Below, piece after piece: positions 44,716-55,830 of a stretch of 64,000 nucleotides of DNA. Numbering within the stretch: position 1 is the first letter of the stretch; every line of letters starts with the position of its first letter. The stretch is from Diadema antillarum. Taxonomy: Eukaryota. The translations under genes and the position numbers were made by a program. The notes below the pieces were generated by a model, which did no database searches, was not told where the DNA came from, and worked only from the letters and a program-made list of their open reading frames with translations. Where the stretch lies: positions 620,001-684,000 of the forward strand of contig NW_027271046.1 in the NCBI RefSeq assembly GCF_040938485.1, in the 5' to 3' direction.

Positions 44716-46039
44716 TTAAGAATACACTCCCCTCTTGAACCAAGAATAGCGGTTGGAATTTCAAGAGGTTCCGAATGAATTCATTAGAAATCTGTAGTGA
44801 CCAATTCCCTCCATCATAAAGAAGATTCAAGTCTTATTATTCTGAGGAAAGGTCTTAATTACCTACCTCTACAATAACCAGCAGATGAAAGGAATCTAAT
44901 TTTTACTGTTGCAAAAAGAACACACACACTTTAATAACTTGTTGTTATTGTACTACTTGGGTGACTCAAAAGCTGTGGTCATACTGGCAAAAGAACGCAA
45001 AGTCAAAGATCGCGATCTTTGGTCATCCGTCCACACTGGCAGCCAAACTTCTTGATCACTTCTTGATCACTTGGGTCACTGGTATGCATGCACCATAAAG
45101 GTGAAAGAGCGCCCCATCTGACAGCTGGTGATTGTGACACAACAGTGCGCACCTGCACATTACAACGACCACGCCCTTCTGAGGCACTGCCAGCAAACAG
45201 ATGGTGGACTGGTCACATGACAAATCTCGCAAAGTTCAGCTGCTGGCGTTCACACTGCGCTCAAAGATCGAAAAGAATGGCAGAGGTCGGGAAATATCCC
45301 CAGTTTGAGTGGGAAGTTTTTACGGGAAGTTTGAAGTCACACTGGCAAAACTTTGAGATCTTTAAGATCGCAATCCTGAACTTGCAATCTTTACGGCTGT
45401 GAACATGGGGTGGGAATTTTCGCGGTGTTGAAATTTTCGCGCATTTCGCGCAATCCGAAACCAGAGCGAAAATAAGAGCACACAAATATTTTTGCTTGCC
45501 ATATGTTCCAGTAGTTGATGTCTGGATTCTGTGGAATTAAAAACACACGAAACTCTTCTTACCCAGCCGAGCACGAAAAATTAGTTGTGCGAAAATGTCC
45601 ACTTTTACAGTATCTCAGTCGATAAAGGGAGCACACGAGTAAAAAACTCATTGACTGCTGTCCATTGTAAGCCTCACACTTTCCAATTTATAGTCAGATT
45701 TTCTTTTATTCTGACTCCACTGACAATCAGCTGCTTGACCAACTCTTTGGTTGTTAGTATTTAAGGGACATTAGACAAAAAAGAAATAAAACAGTGCAGT
45801 AGGGCGTACAATTTTATTGTAAAGTTACCAACTGCATATTTGAACAAAATCTCACCATTAAACAGCTGCATATGTATTGCATAATATTCACTTTAATGCA
45901 TCTGAACTAATAACCTGATGCACTTCTCTAAGCTGGCACAGAGCATTAAAACACTTTTGGCAATTAGCTATGGAGATGCATCACTATGAGACAGCCACTA
46001 TAAAATCAATGGTGGGCCATTTCTATAGAAGCCTCGATG

Positions 46040-46158
46040 CTATTGCACAACGGGCACTTTGTCTGTCAGTTCCATCCAATCAGTGACCTTGTTCTCTGCG
46101 GAGGTTTTGCCATCTACAGCAGACGACATGACACCACTGAAGAGGTCAAACCAGCCCC
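46040..46158 (-). CDS. dcyD: DCyD-like exon 9 (last)
   Basis: GGWFDLF..KVPVVQ*. Confidence 0.88.
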
Positions 46159-49100
46159 CTGTCACAACCAAGACACACAGAAATAATAAATGTGATAAGA
46201 AGACATTCTTATCCACTTGTGAAGGGGAAGTAACAGAGAGGCTTATTGCCAAAACATTCCATACATTTCACGATGCATAGAAAAAGAACCCTCACATGTC
46301 GTGTTTATATCTAACAGGTAAAGAGAAGAGTAATAGGAGCGAAATGTGACATTCTGTACTGGGTAATCTAAAGCATATCAATGATATCTATAAGGTGTGG
46401 AGGAAATATATATGTGTACCTAGTTGAAGGCATTGTCAATTCACAAAATTTTGCTTCGAATAATACAGCACAGCATTTTACATTTCAGAGGGCAAGTCTG
46501 TATGTTTTTGTTTGTTTGTTTGTTTTCATTTTGTTTTGAAGTAGTGAAGAACAGAAACTGCTAATTCTGAGGCAGGTGGATGATAGGCCAAAATAATGAT
46601 GAATGTAAATTTGGGGATATTGCTCACGACAACAAATTCTCTTAGATAAGTCACCACTGTGAAGAATCAGCAACAGTACTTACTGTCATGATGAAATTTG
46701 CTACGGACTAGAGGCAAACTTCATGAAACTTTCTACACCATATTGTAAGGTACAAAAATCACAGTTCACTCGGAAATGGCCAGAATGTTCCCAGTTAATT
46801 GCTAAAATCCTAGCTGCTGCCATGTTCACTGTAATAACTGTTTACCGCTTTATGACACAGGACCCAGGACAGGCCAGGGTACTGTAATAATGAGGAATGT
46901 TCGCATGAATTTTAATTTCGTGAATTTCGTGAGAGCCAAGATTCGTGAAATTACAATGCACGCGAAAGTTCTTGCATTGCATGTTAGAGGCAACTCACAA
47001 AAATTTCATGCCGCGAAAATATCGTGTTTTACAGTATACACCTATCGCACATCCCAGGATGCCTCACCTGTGTGGATGAACAGAATTTCTTTTCCCTTGA
47101 ACCTGCCTGGATCCTCCCTCATGAGGCGCATGGTGTGGAAGGCTGCCTTGCCTGTGTAGCAGGGGTCTGTCAGGATTCCTGTTGTCATGGCAATCTCCTG
47201 GATACACTCTATCAAAATAACATGAAATGCACTCAAACCATGAACACCAGAAAAATACATACTTGTGTGTGGCAAAAACCACTACTGTATAAGCTGCTAT
47301 TTTTGCAAGGGATTGATTTTTATCAAATCTCGGAAATCCCTGTTGGTCCTCGAATTTAACATCTTGCCACCCGCTAGGGTAATAGAACACTTACAATAGC
47401 CTCAGTGGCAATTTGCAAAAACAGCATCTCACTATTAAAAACGTCTGTGACCTCCTCATTCGTGGAAACACCTGCTCACAAAAAGAACAGCTTATAAAGT
47501 CATTCAATACAGACTACCACAAACGGAATTAATCATTATGGATTACAGAAACCCCACATCCTCATCCTTACCTAATTCCTCTGGTGTTGAGAGGCCGTAT
47601 CCAATGCCTTTGGCTCCCTCAACAATGTCCATGATGTCTGCGGCCTTGACCCCCGATGACCCATCAGTTGCCTGGAGGCCAAGGTCCTGTAAAATCTGGT
47701 CAGCTTCAAAGTGAAAGTATGCAGCATCACCCAAGACTGCCATACCATGGATCCTGAAGACAGAAAAAGAAATAAAACATGAGTTTGATTGCAGCTGTTA
47801 TAGACAGATTTCATCTGTAGTTAGAAAAAAAAAGTCATTACAGAACTGAAAGTAAACATATGCAGATTCAGACATATATATTTTGAGAGTCATGGTCTTA
47901 ATTTGGGAAACCGGAAAAAAACTAAAAACAAAACATTAGATACTCTGAACTTTTAAGTGAAAAATCTTCCTAACATTTACTAGCAGTTACTAGCAAGTCT
48001 TCTATACTAATCAAAATGGAAGACAGTTCAAATGAAATAAGCCCTTAAAATTTAAAGCTTGTCAAAGTCATAATCTTTTTTACCCACGCCGATGAAAATC
48101 GGCAGGGGGTTATGTGAAGGGTTCCGTATGTTTGTTTGTTTGTTTGTTTGTTTGTTTGTTTGTTACCCACGCCGATGAAAATCGGCAGGGGGTTATGTAA
48201 AGGGTTCCGTATATTTGTTTGTTTGTTTGTTTGTTTGTTTGTTTGTTTGTTTGTTTGTTTGTTTGTTTGTTTGTTTGTTTGTGTACAAGATAACAAGAGA
48301 ACAGGTAAACGGATTTGCACGAAATGTTATGAGGATGTCTGGATAATGACAGGAAAGAATCGATTAGATTTTGGTGATAATCGGTTGACCCTTGCAAATT
48401 CTGTGCGACCTTTAAGTTTTGACCCCATGGTATAGTGACCACTCCGAAAATTTCCCGTTTCTCACTTTGCGATTTTCCGCTACCATACGAAAACATAAAC
48501 TCCCAAACGATCGGACTTCGCTGCTCAAATGTTCGTAAGAATTCCGAAATTTACGTTTAGGCCTATTTGAAGGACTATGTCCTTCTGGATTTATGAAAGT
48601 TCGTTCTCCGTCGTCACAAACTGGCCCGTATTTTGATGATTTTTCAAATTAACATTGATTGTTTCTTTCGTTGGAGGAGCATTTGCTCGGTCGCAGTAAC
48701 ACTGCACGATATGCGTGCTCAATGTCAATGCGTGTGCAAGGCCGCTGAAAATGCATCGCGCTCTACACTGTTGGTGCAAAATTGCATCGGGGACGTTGCG
48801 GCGCTCGTTGGTGGCCGAATACTGGTGCAGTAGACATTTGCATTCAACCCTTGCATTGAATAATTCCCGTAGACACTAATCATAGGGGTAATTGCCTAGG
48901 GGGTACGTAAATTTTGTTTTTCTTTTGCGCTTTTGTGGATACAATCGTACCATCAAAGATCGTACACTCATACGACCTTTGATATCATCACACTCTCGGC
49001 TTGCTATAATCAAAATATCCCGCAAGAAAATGGCGTATTTCTCGATTTTTAGCGCTTTTTCCGCGACCCGTCGCGTAGACAATACTCTTAAAACTGGACT

Positions 49101-51941
49101 TAATTCGCGCGCACTTGGAAAAGTTCCGATTCTGCACTTTTGACTGTGGAATTTGGGATTTTCGATGGATTTTTGGAGGAGACTTGAGGACTTTCCTGTA
49201 CGTGAATGAGTGTTAATACCGTATGTGTAATGATGTGATTTGCGTGTGATGTGACTGTAGAACCAAAGATCGTACACTTCAGTGTACGATCTTTGGTAGA
49301 ACTCACTGGCTGGTGATAAAGCACACTGGCAATTAAGTGGCCGAATTCTGGTAGATGACCGAATGCACATTATGTTTACCCCGACTTTGTACTTAGGCGT
49401 GGGTCTGCCGCCTTTGACGGCCCCTCTCTAGTTTGTGTGTTTGTTTGTTTGTTTGTTTGTGTACAAGATAACAAGAGAACAGGTAAACGGATTTGCACGA
49501 AATGTTCAGGGGATGTCTGGATAATGACAGGAAAGAATCGATCAGATTTTGGTGATAATCGGTTGACCCTTGCAAATTCTGTGCGACCTTTAAGTTTTGA
49601 CCCCATGGTATAGTGACCACTCCGAAAATTTCCCGTTTCTCACTTTGCGATTTTCCGCTACCATACGAAAACACTTTCCTGTGTTGGGTCTGCGGCCTTT
49701 GACGGCCCCTCTCTAGTTTTACACTATTTTTGCTAGTGTCAGCATAAGCTGCAACTGAAGAAACTCTTCCTTGTACCAGTGAAGTGAAGCATGATCTACA
49801 GAGAATACATTTCACTGGCGGATCCAGAGGGGGGCGCCCCCTCTTTATTTTTTGTTAAAACAACAGAAATAAAAATGAAAAGATGGGGAGCGTGCGCCCC
49901 CTTTAATTTCATAAAGGCACCTCCCCTTTACGGAATTCCTGGATCCGCCCCTGCATTTGGCAAAGAAGCTAAGACTTGCAATCAATTTAAAAGATGAATT
50001 AAGAATGCCTGCATGTTTGAATTTGAAAACGCAAAGACCAAACTGCTGCAGGTCACATCTTTTTTTTTCCACAGAAAAAAAATTAAAACAATGAAGATGT
50101 GTGTCACATCCAGACGTATTCAGATAATGTCATTATTTCACATTTCAATATCCTCACTTCAGATTATTTCCGGTCAGGAAATTCCCAATGGCAAGTCCTG
50201 TCACCGTTCCTGAGCTTCCCGAAGCTACAACAACATCTGTGACTTTCTCAAGTAGCCCCTGAAACAGTTCAAGCAGATAAATCCTTCCACTTGCACCATC
50301 AAAAGTCATAAACCACACAGTCACTACCCCCTTGGGGTTAAGCATTCAAAGTCATATGATTTGATCCTTGTTTGAGAGATATCACTGGTCTAAAACAAAA
50401 ATAGGGGCATTGCCACTTCAAGCACACACTTGTCTGGTTGACATACTACAGCATTCAATTTTGTACTGGGTGAATATCAAGCATATTTGACTGATAACAT
50501 AGTCCCCACATTTTCAAGACTCTTCAAACTCTTAAAAACACTGGACATAATGATGGATGGATTGTCGTTTCTGATTGCTGCTGAACGCATAGGAAACTTG
50601 AGCCAAACTTGCGTTCTCTTCTCGTGATAACTATAATCTTCAGATAAGATTTGGCAGACGTCAATAGAGTTAGAAAAACATGGAAGGATACTGTTTTTTA
50701 TCAGAGTTAGTGGATATTAATGACCTGTGACACGAGTTCCTGGAAGCAGTCAATGTACCCCCACACACCGACTGAGTTGGACCCACCCAGTGGAACGACA
50801 TAGCTCTTCTTCCCAGTAGTATCCCTGCAAGCATCACAAAAGAGAAACATAGGCAAAACATAGTTCTGGTACGCCTGCAAAATTGTCATATTTCGATGCA
50901 AAATGTACACGTATGCCTAAGAACTGTGTGGAATAATGCTGTAATAACAAGATATTCGTTGGGTAGCGACAAAAATGTGAAATATTAACTAATTATGTTC
51001 CCATCTAAGGGGTCAGATTAACTTGGACTCGGGGACAACTCGGCCTCACTTTGATGGCGGGCCAAGTTGTCCTTCTGTTTGTACAGTGTTGTACTGTGGG
51101 AGCGCTTCGTGTTCTGGCTGGTCACAGTTTTGGACCGAGTTGATACAACGCGCATATCAAAGAACCTCTACAAAATGAACGTGCGCCTAGATGTATACAA
51201 CATGGTGATTATGAACTGCTTATAAATTGTATGAGACCGAGTTAACCTGGATCCTTCTGGAATAAAAGTTGGTATACTGACTTTTCGTTTGATCTCAAAA
51301 TACTCCGAAATAACTCATCATCCCGGCAAATCGCGTCAGCCACATAAGTTTCTGAGTAGACTCTTTTGATATATTGCAAGCAAATATGAAATGGTGCAAG
51401 ACGGGCTCTCAGACCCTTACCAGAACTATGTTTTCACTTTAAATGTGGAGACCAAAGAATTATGAAAATAGGAAAAGCATTTGCACTAACACCTGCCAAG
51501 GCTCTAACCCAACAAAAGCAAGAAGGGTTAGGGCAAAATCTGCCCCTTGTTGAAGTCTTGCTATTAATCCTTTTTCATTCTTTTCTTCTTCTTTTTTAGC
51601 AATGTACTTAGCCACATACCTCTTTTATTTGTCTCCACAAGTGAGACTTCTTTTTTATTCCCAATGTGGTTTGATAAGAACATTAACAATAAAACAATTA
51701 AATCATCTGTACCACCATATGAATGTGACTAATTTGTATGTGCTGTTTGAAGATTTGTGCGCTGTTCTTTGACTATTTTGTAATCATTCAATATCACCTT
51801 GTGATATTCAACTACCCATCATATTCACCATGATGTAATATGAACATATAGATTTCATTCGACAATGTTAATTTCCACAGCTGGGAGCAGACTTTGCCAT
51901 CATTATCAACAAATTAAGAATATAAATCACTGTTCATGTGC

Positions 51942-51996
<55 letters not shown>

Positions 51997-52076
51997 CTTT
52001 GTTTTTGTTTTCCTTTATTTTGTGTTTTTGGGTTGTTGTTGTTGTTGTTTTTTTTTTTTTCTTTTTTTGTTTTTTT

Positions 52077-52107
<31 letters not shown>

Positions 52108-55100
52108 GGTAATGACCCCTTACTTGATATGCTCCTGCAGCTGAGTCATTCTGGGAAGGATTTCAGTCTGAAACGAACACTCATGTGGCACCAGGTAAAA
52201 ATTGCTGCCCACCATCCTGTCCAGCAGGGTGTTACCAGTGAACTGTCCTTGTAGATCCTGCAATCACACAGCACAATATTTTACTCTGTGATCACTTCAA
52301 TGACAAATTAAAACTTGTTACTGGCAGGTTTGATGGGATGACTACATTCTGATTATAATATATCACACACAGACAAATGAAAGAAGGGCATAACAAACAC
52401 TTTTTGGTCATGATTACACAAGAATATCTTTGGATGCCGTATTGCCTAATACATTGTGGGTGGTTTGTATGATAGAATATATACCAGCAACGCTGCACAC
52501 TGGCACTGGTCCCAGACCAGTAAAAATCACTGTCGGACCAGTAACTTTTTCAGGAATGGACCAGTAAAAAACAGAAAAACTGGGTATCTACTTGTCTGAC
52601 ATACAGGTCGGACCAGTAGAAAAAATAGGTTAGTGTGCAGCCTTAACCAGTATCACATACACACTCATAGCTTACCTGTGACCTGCCTTGGGTACATATA
52701 AACTGATCTGCATATCATTTGCATACAACAGGAAGCAGTTAGATCTCCCACCTGGTCTTGGACTCACCTGGGTCCTGGACCACAAGAAGAGGTGGCAATC
52801 CAGCCCCATCTGGCAGGAGGCGATGGCCGTTGCTCGACAGTGATTGGATCGCACCCCACCACACGTCATGATGACCTCACAGCCTTTCTCCACTGCATCA
52901 GCCAATAGGAACTCTAGCTTGCGGATCTGCCAAGTCAAGAGAACACAGGGAGGAATGAGTCTCAATAACAAAACTACAATGTGAACAATGATTTGTATTA
53001 AATCCAACTTAACTACAACAGACTAGCTATCTGCCATATCGATATGTGTTTAAATATCATACATAACTTCATAACAATGGTTGCTCCTGACAATCAGATA
53101 TCTTGTCAAGACTTACCCAAAATAGCAACAAGAAGGTACGATTGTATTGAAATGCATTGAGTATGTACAGGTAGATAGAATATAGCTTGTTTAATGTTAA
53201 CCCATTGAGGACGAGTCCCGAGTATACTCAGGCACGTGTCTATAGGAAATGTGTGTTGTAGCAAAATCAGCCCATCCTCAATGGGTTAATATGTTCTCAT
53301 AGAAACAACCCTTTTAAATATGAATGTATGATTTTGTACCATTTACAAACTCCACTACCTTGCTCCTACGCCCAGAAGAGTAGGAGGGTTGGGATTTATG
53401 TTATGGAATATGAAAGAGCATAATATTCTAAGATGAATTCAAAGATTATTTGATGAAAATGGGTTTTGAAATGACTGAGATATCCAAAATGAAGTGATCA
53501 CAATAAAAGGTGGGACCCATCTTTTATTAGGATTGCTTTGTTTTTCCTTGTTTTCTGGATATCTCAGCCATTTTAAAACAGATTTTCATCAAATAAACTT
53601 TAAATTTCACTTAGAATTGTATGCTCTTTAGCATTTCATAAGTGGCTTCTATTTATCTCGCAAAAAAAAAGAAAAAGAAAAAGTGAAAGCCTGAATCCTC
53701 ATCTCAGCGAATACTATATGCATCCCATTAACTCGTTGAAGACAGACTGAATTTGCTACAACACTCATTTTCCATAGACACCTGCCCGAGTATACCCGGG
53801 ACTCATCCTCAACGGGTTAAACTACATAACTCTTGGAGAAGTGAAAGTTAGGTTATAATCCAGCCTTACCTTGTTCCCTGAGAGAACACTGCCGGTCATG
53901 TCATCTCTTTTCAACAAGACCTGAAAATCTTCCGGTATCCCTGGTAGATGCCATCTTTGGATTGGTGTATTCCGGTTCGCAAACTCAAGGAATTAAAATA
54001 AAAAAGTGATACCCGTAATATCATTTCATTACACTAAATGAAGCATTTATATAACAGCTCAAGTTATAATTTTTAACAGTGGGTTCAATTACAATGATTG
54101 TCCAAAGACCAATTCAACAGGCACATATAGGGTTAATGATACACTGACTTAACTATAATGCATGGTTTCACATTTCCTCAGGCATTTAGTGCCATATTAT
54201 GGTTGGTCAAACTATTTCTATCTCAATTTATTGATCTAACTTGCGTGTACCATTTTTCTTGTAAAGTTTGTTCATGGCTCACTCTACTATCACATTTAAC
54301 AATTAAAATATTTCATTTTATTTCTTTTATTGAAAAAAGAAAACATCCCCACCTCAACAGCATAATACATTATATAGATGATGATTGGCGGGGGAGGGAA
54401 CATACTGAATGTTCCACCCGAAGGGTTTGAAATACGAGGGACTTATAGCCTCCCGAAATAGCATTTCAAACCCTGAGGGTGGAACGTTTGGTACATGTTC
54501 CCGACAACAAAAGTCATCATCTGTTATATTATATGGGTTAGTCAAATCACACTTTCGTACGCATTACAATAATCGGTCATCTGCTTTTTCACATTGTATG
54601 GAATAGGCAAATTTATCCTATCGATTGCGTGAAAAATATGATCGTTCAATAGTTTGGTATCTCTTGTCATTTGTTATGTGAAAATGTTTTCCCATGGGAG
54701 AACATTACAAAAATGTTCTGCCCATGGGCGAACATAACCAATGTGCCTCCATCACGTGACTGTGTTTAGCCAATCACTAACCAGTATTTGACTAACCCAT
54801 TTAATATAGACCGATACACATTCAGCTGGGCTCCCATTTCATAAAATGTTGCTATAATCGTATCATAGTGACTCTTGTTCAGCTGCAATATGGCAAGTGT
54901 CAAGAAAATGAAAGTAATCCTGCTTCCATTCCAGCAAGAAGTAGGAATCTGCTATCATAACTGTTTTTTGCTGGGTCACATAGTTGGCTATCTTCACAGG
55001 TTATGTGGAGGAGGGCCGGCCGTGTCATGATGATCATGAAAGTACATAATTTCCTAAACCCTCTATCACTCAGCACTGGCTTACCACCTTAAAATTCCAC

Positions 55101-55830
55101 TGACCTCCTCTGTCTGTGCAGCTGTGTAGTCTGACAAGTATACTTATCTCACTAATGCAATTTAATAATCTTCTTCTCCTGTGATACAGTGGATGCTGTT
55201 GCTAGAGTGCTAACAGTGTTTTTACCTCCGCCAAGGGAGGAGGTTGTTTTCTTTACCGTTGGTTTTTTGGTTTGTCTGTGCGCAAAATAACTCAAAAAGT
55301 TGTGAACGGATTTGGATGAAACTGACAGGAAAGGTATGACACAAGTAAATGATTAAATTTTGGCAGTGATCTGGCCATTTTTGTGCACTTTATGAGGGAT
55401 TTTTGATATTTTGGCAGGTAGGGTCAATGAACTCAGGAGTTCAAGCTGCACATTTTTGAGGTTTTCATACGCACACTAAAGTGCATGCTCTACTAGTTTC
55501 TGCTGGGTGAGGCACGGCACAGCTGGAAGTTGATGACATAACAAAAGGCTTCTACACCCAGTAGACCTCTATATTGGGAAATCGAGTGATTTTTCAGCAT
55601 GCATACTGCGTTGGGTGGGTGGAAGTCACTGATCTCTACAAGAAGAAAAAGATCACTAGCTGCTTGGCGGAGGTCTGCTCTCTCAGAGTGCTTCTCTAGT
55701 TATTGATATTGATTAGAAATTTCTAATCACTTTTCCAACAACCAACCTGGATCCTGTGCTTGGGAATAAATGTTAATCTGGATGCCCAACTTGGGGGTTC
55801 ATACGGGACAAGAGGGTAATCCGAGTTCAT
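46040..55830 (-). CDS. dcyD: PLP-dependent D-cysteine desulfhydrase-like enzyme (ACC deaminase/DCyD family); 9 coding exons, 377 aa
   Basis: KRDDMTG..GNK|IRKLE, GG..SNHCR, GGSN..G..GY, ASGSSGT, DPCYTGKA, FIHTGG; all intron phases consistent. Confidence 0.9.
47068..47208 (-). CDS. dcyD: DCyD-like exon 8
   Basis: TGILTDPCYTGKA..ILFIHT. Confidence 0.95.
47572..47753 (-). CDS. dcyD: DCyD-like exon 7
   Basis: HGMAV..KGIGYGLSTPEEL. Confidence 0.92.
48078..49717 (+). mobile_element. Helentron-associated (HINE/DINE-1-like) non-autonomous element, partly tandem
   Basis: subTIR TTACCCACGCC / GGCGTGGGT; hairpin GCCGAT..ATCGGC; (GTTT)n; 3' stem-loop then CTAGT. 5' end, body and 3' end are each duplicated. 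Confidence 0.65.
49813..49953. mobile_element. GGCGGATCCAG-family MITE, copy 5
   Basis: 5-bp TSD CATTT. Confidence 0.85.
50158..50258 (-). CDS. dcyD: DCyD-like exon 6
   Basis: DVVVASGSSGTVTGLAIG (phosphate-binding loop). Confidence 0.93.
50725..50824 (-). CDS. dcyD: DCyD-like exon 5
   Basis: YVVPLGGSNSVGVWGYID. Confidence 0.93.
51945..51993. repeat. (CA)n microsatellite; others at ~62905-62980 and 63905-63932
   Basis: Direct reading. Confidence 0.95.
52124..52257 (-). CDS. dcyD: DCyD-like exon 4
   Basis: GNTLLDRMVG; phase 0/2. Confidence 0.9.
52768..52926 (-). CDS. dcyD: DCyD-like exon 3
   Basis: IRKLEFLLADA..CGGVRSNHCRATA. Confidence 0.95.
53201..53285. mobile_element. 85-bp TTAA-flanked CCC..GGG MITE
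   Basis: TTAA|CCCATTGAGGA .. TCCTCAATGGG|TTAA. Confidence 0.75.
53732..53816. mobile_element. 85-bp TTAA-flanked MITE, inverted sibling of 53201-53285
   Basis: Same length; reverse-complement alignment by eye. Confidence 0.75.
53870..53983 (-). CDS. dcyD: DCyD-like exon 2 (ends in the PLP lysine, GNK)
   Basis: TPIQRW..KRDDMTGSVLSGNK; GAG acceptor. Confidence 0.9.
55220..55700 (+). mobile_element. HINE-like element, second family
   Basis: subTIR ACCTCCGCCAAG / CTTGGCGGAGGT; 3' hairpin and CTAGT. Confidence 0.6.
55747..55830 (-). CDS. dcyD: DCyD-like exon 1 (MNSDYPLVPYEPPSWA..RIQ)
   Basis: In-frame upstream stop; acceptor at 55892; phase-0 donor. Confidence 0.75.

Noticed and set aside
46040-55830. 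Annotation as ACC deaminase
   Set aside because: Lacks the diagnostic Glu and Leu; has Thr at both positions.
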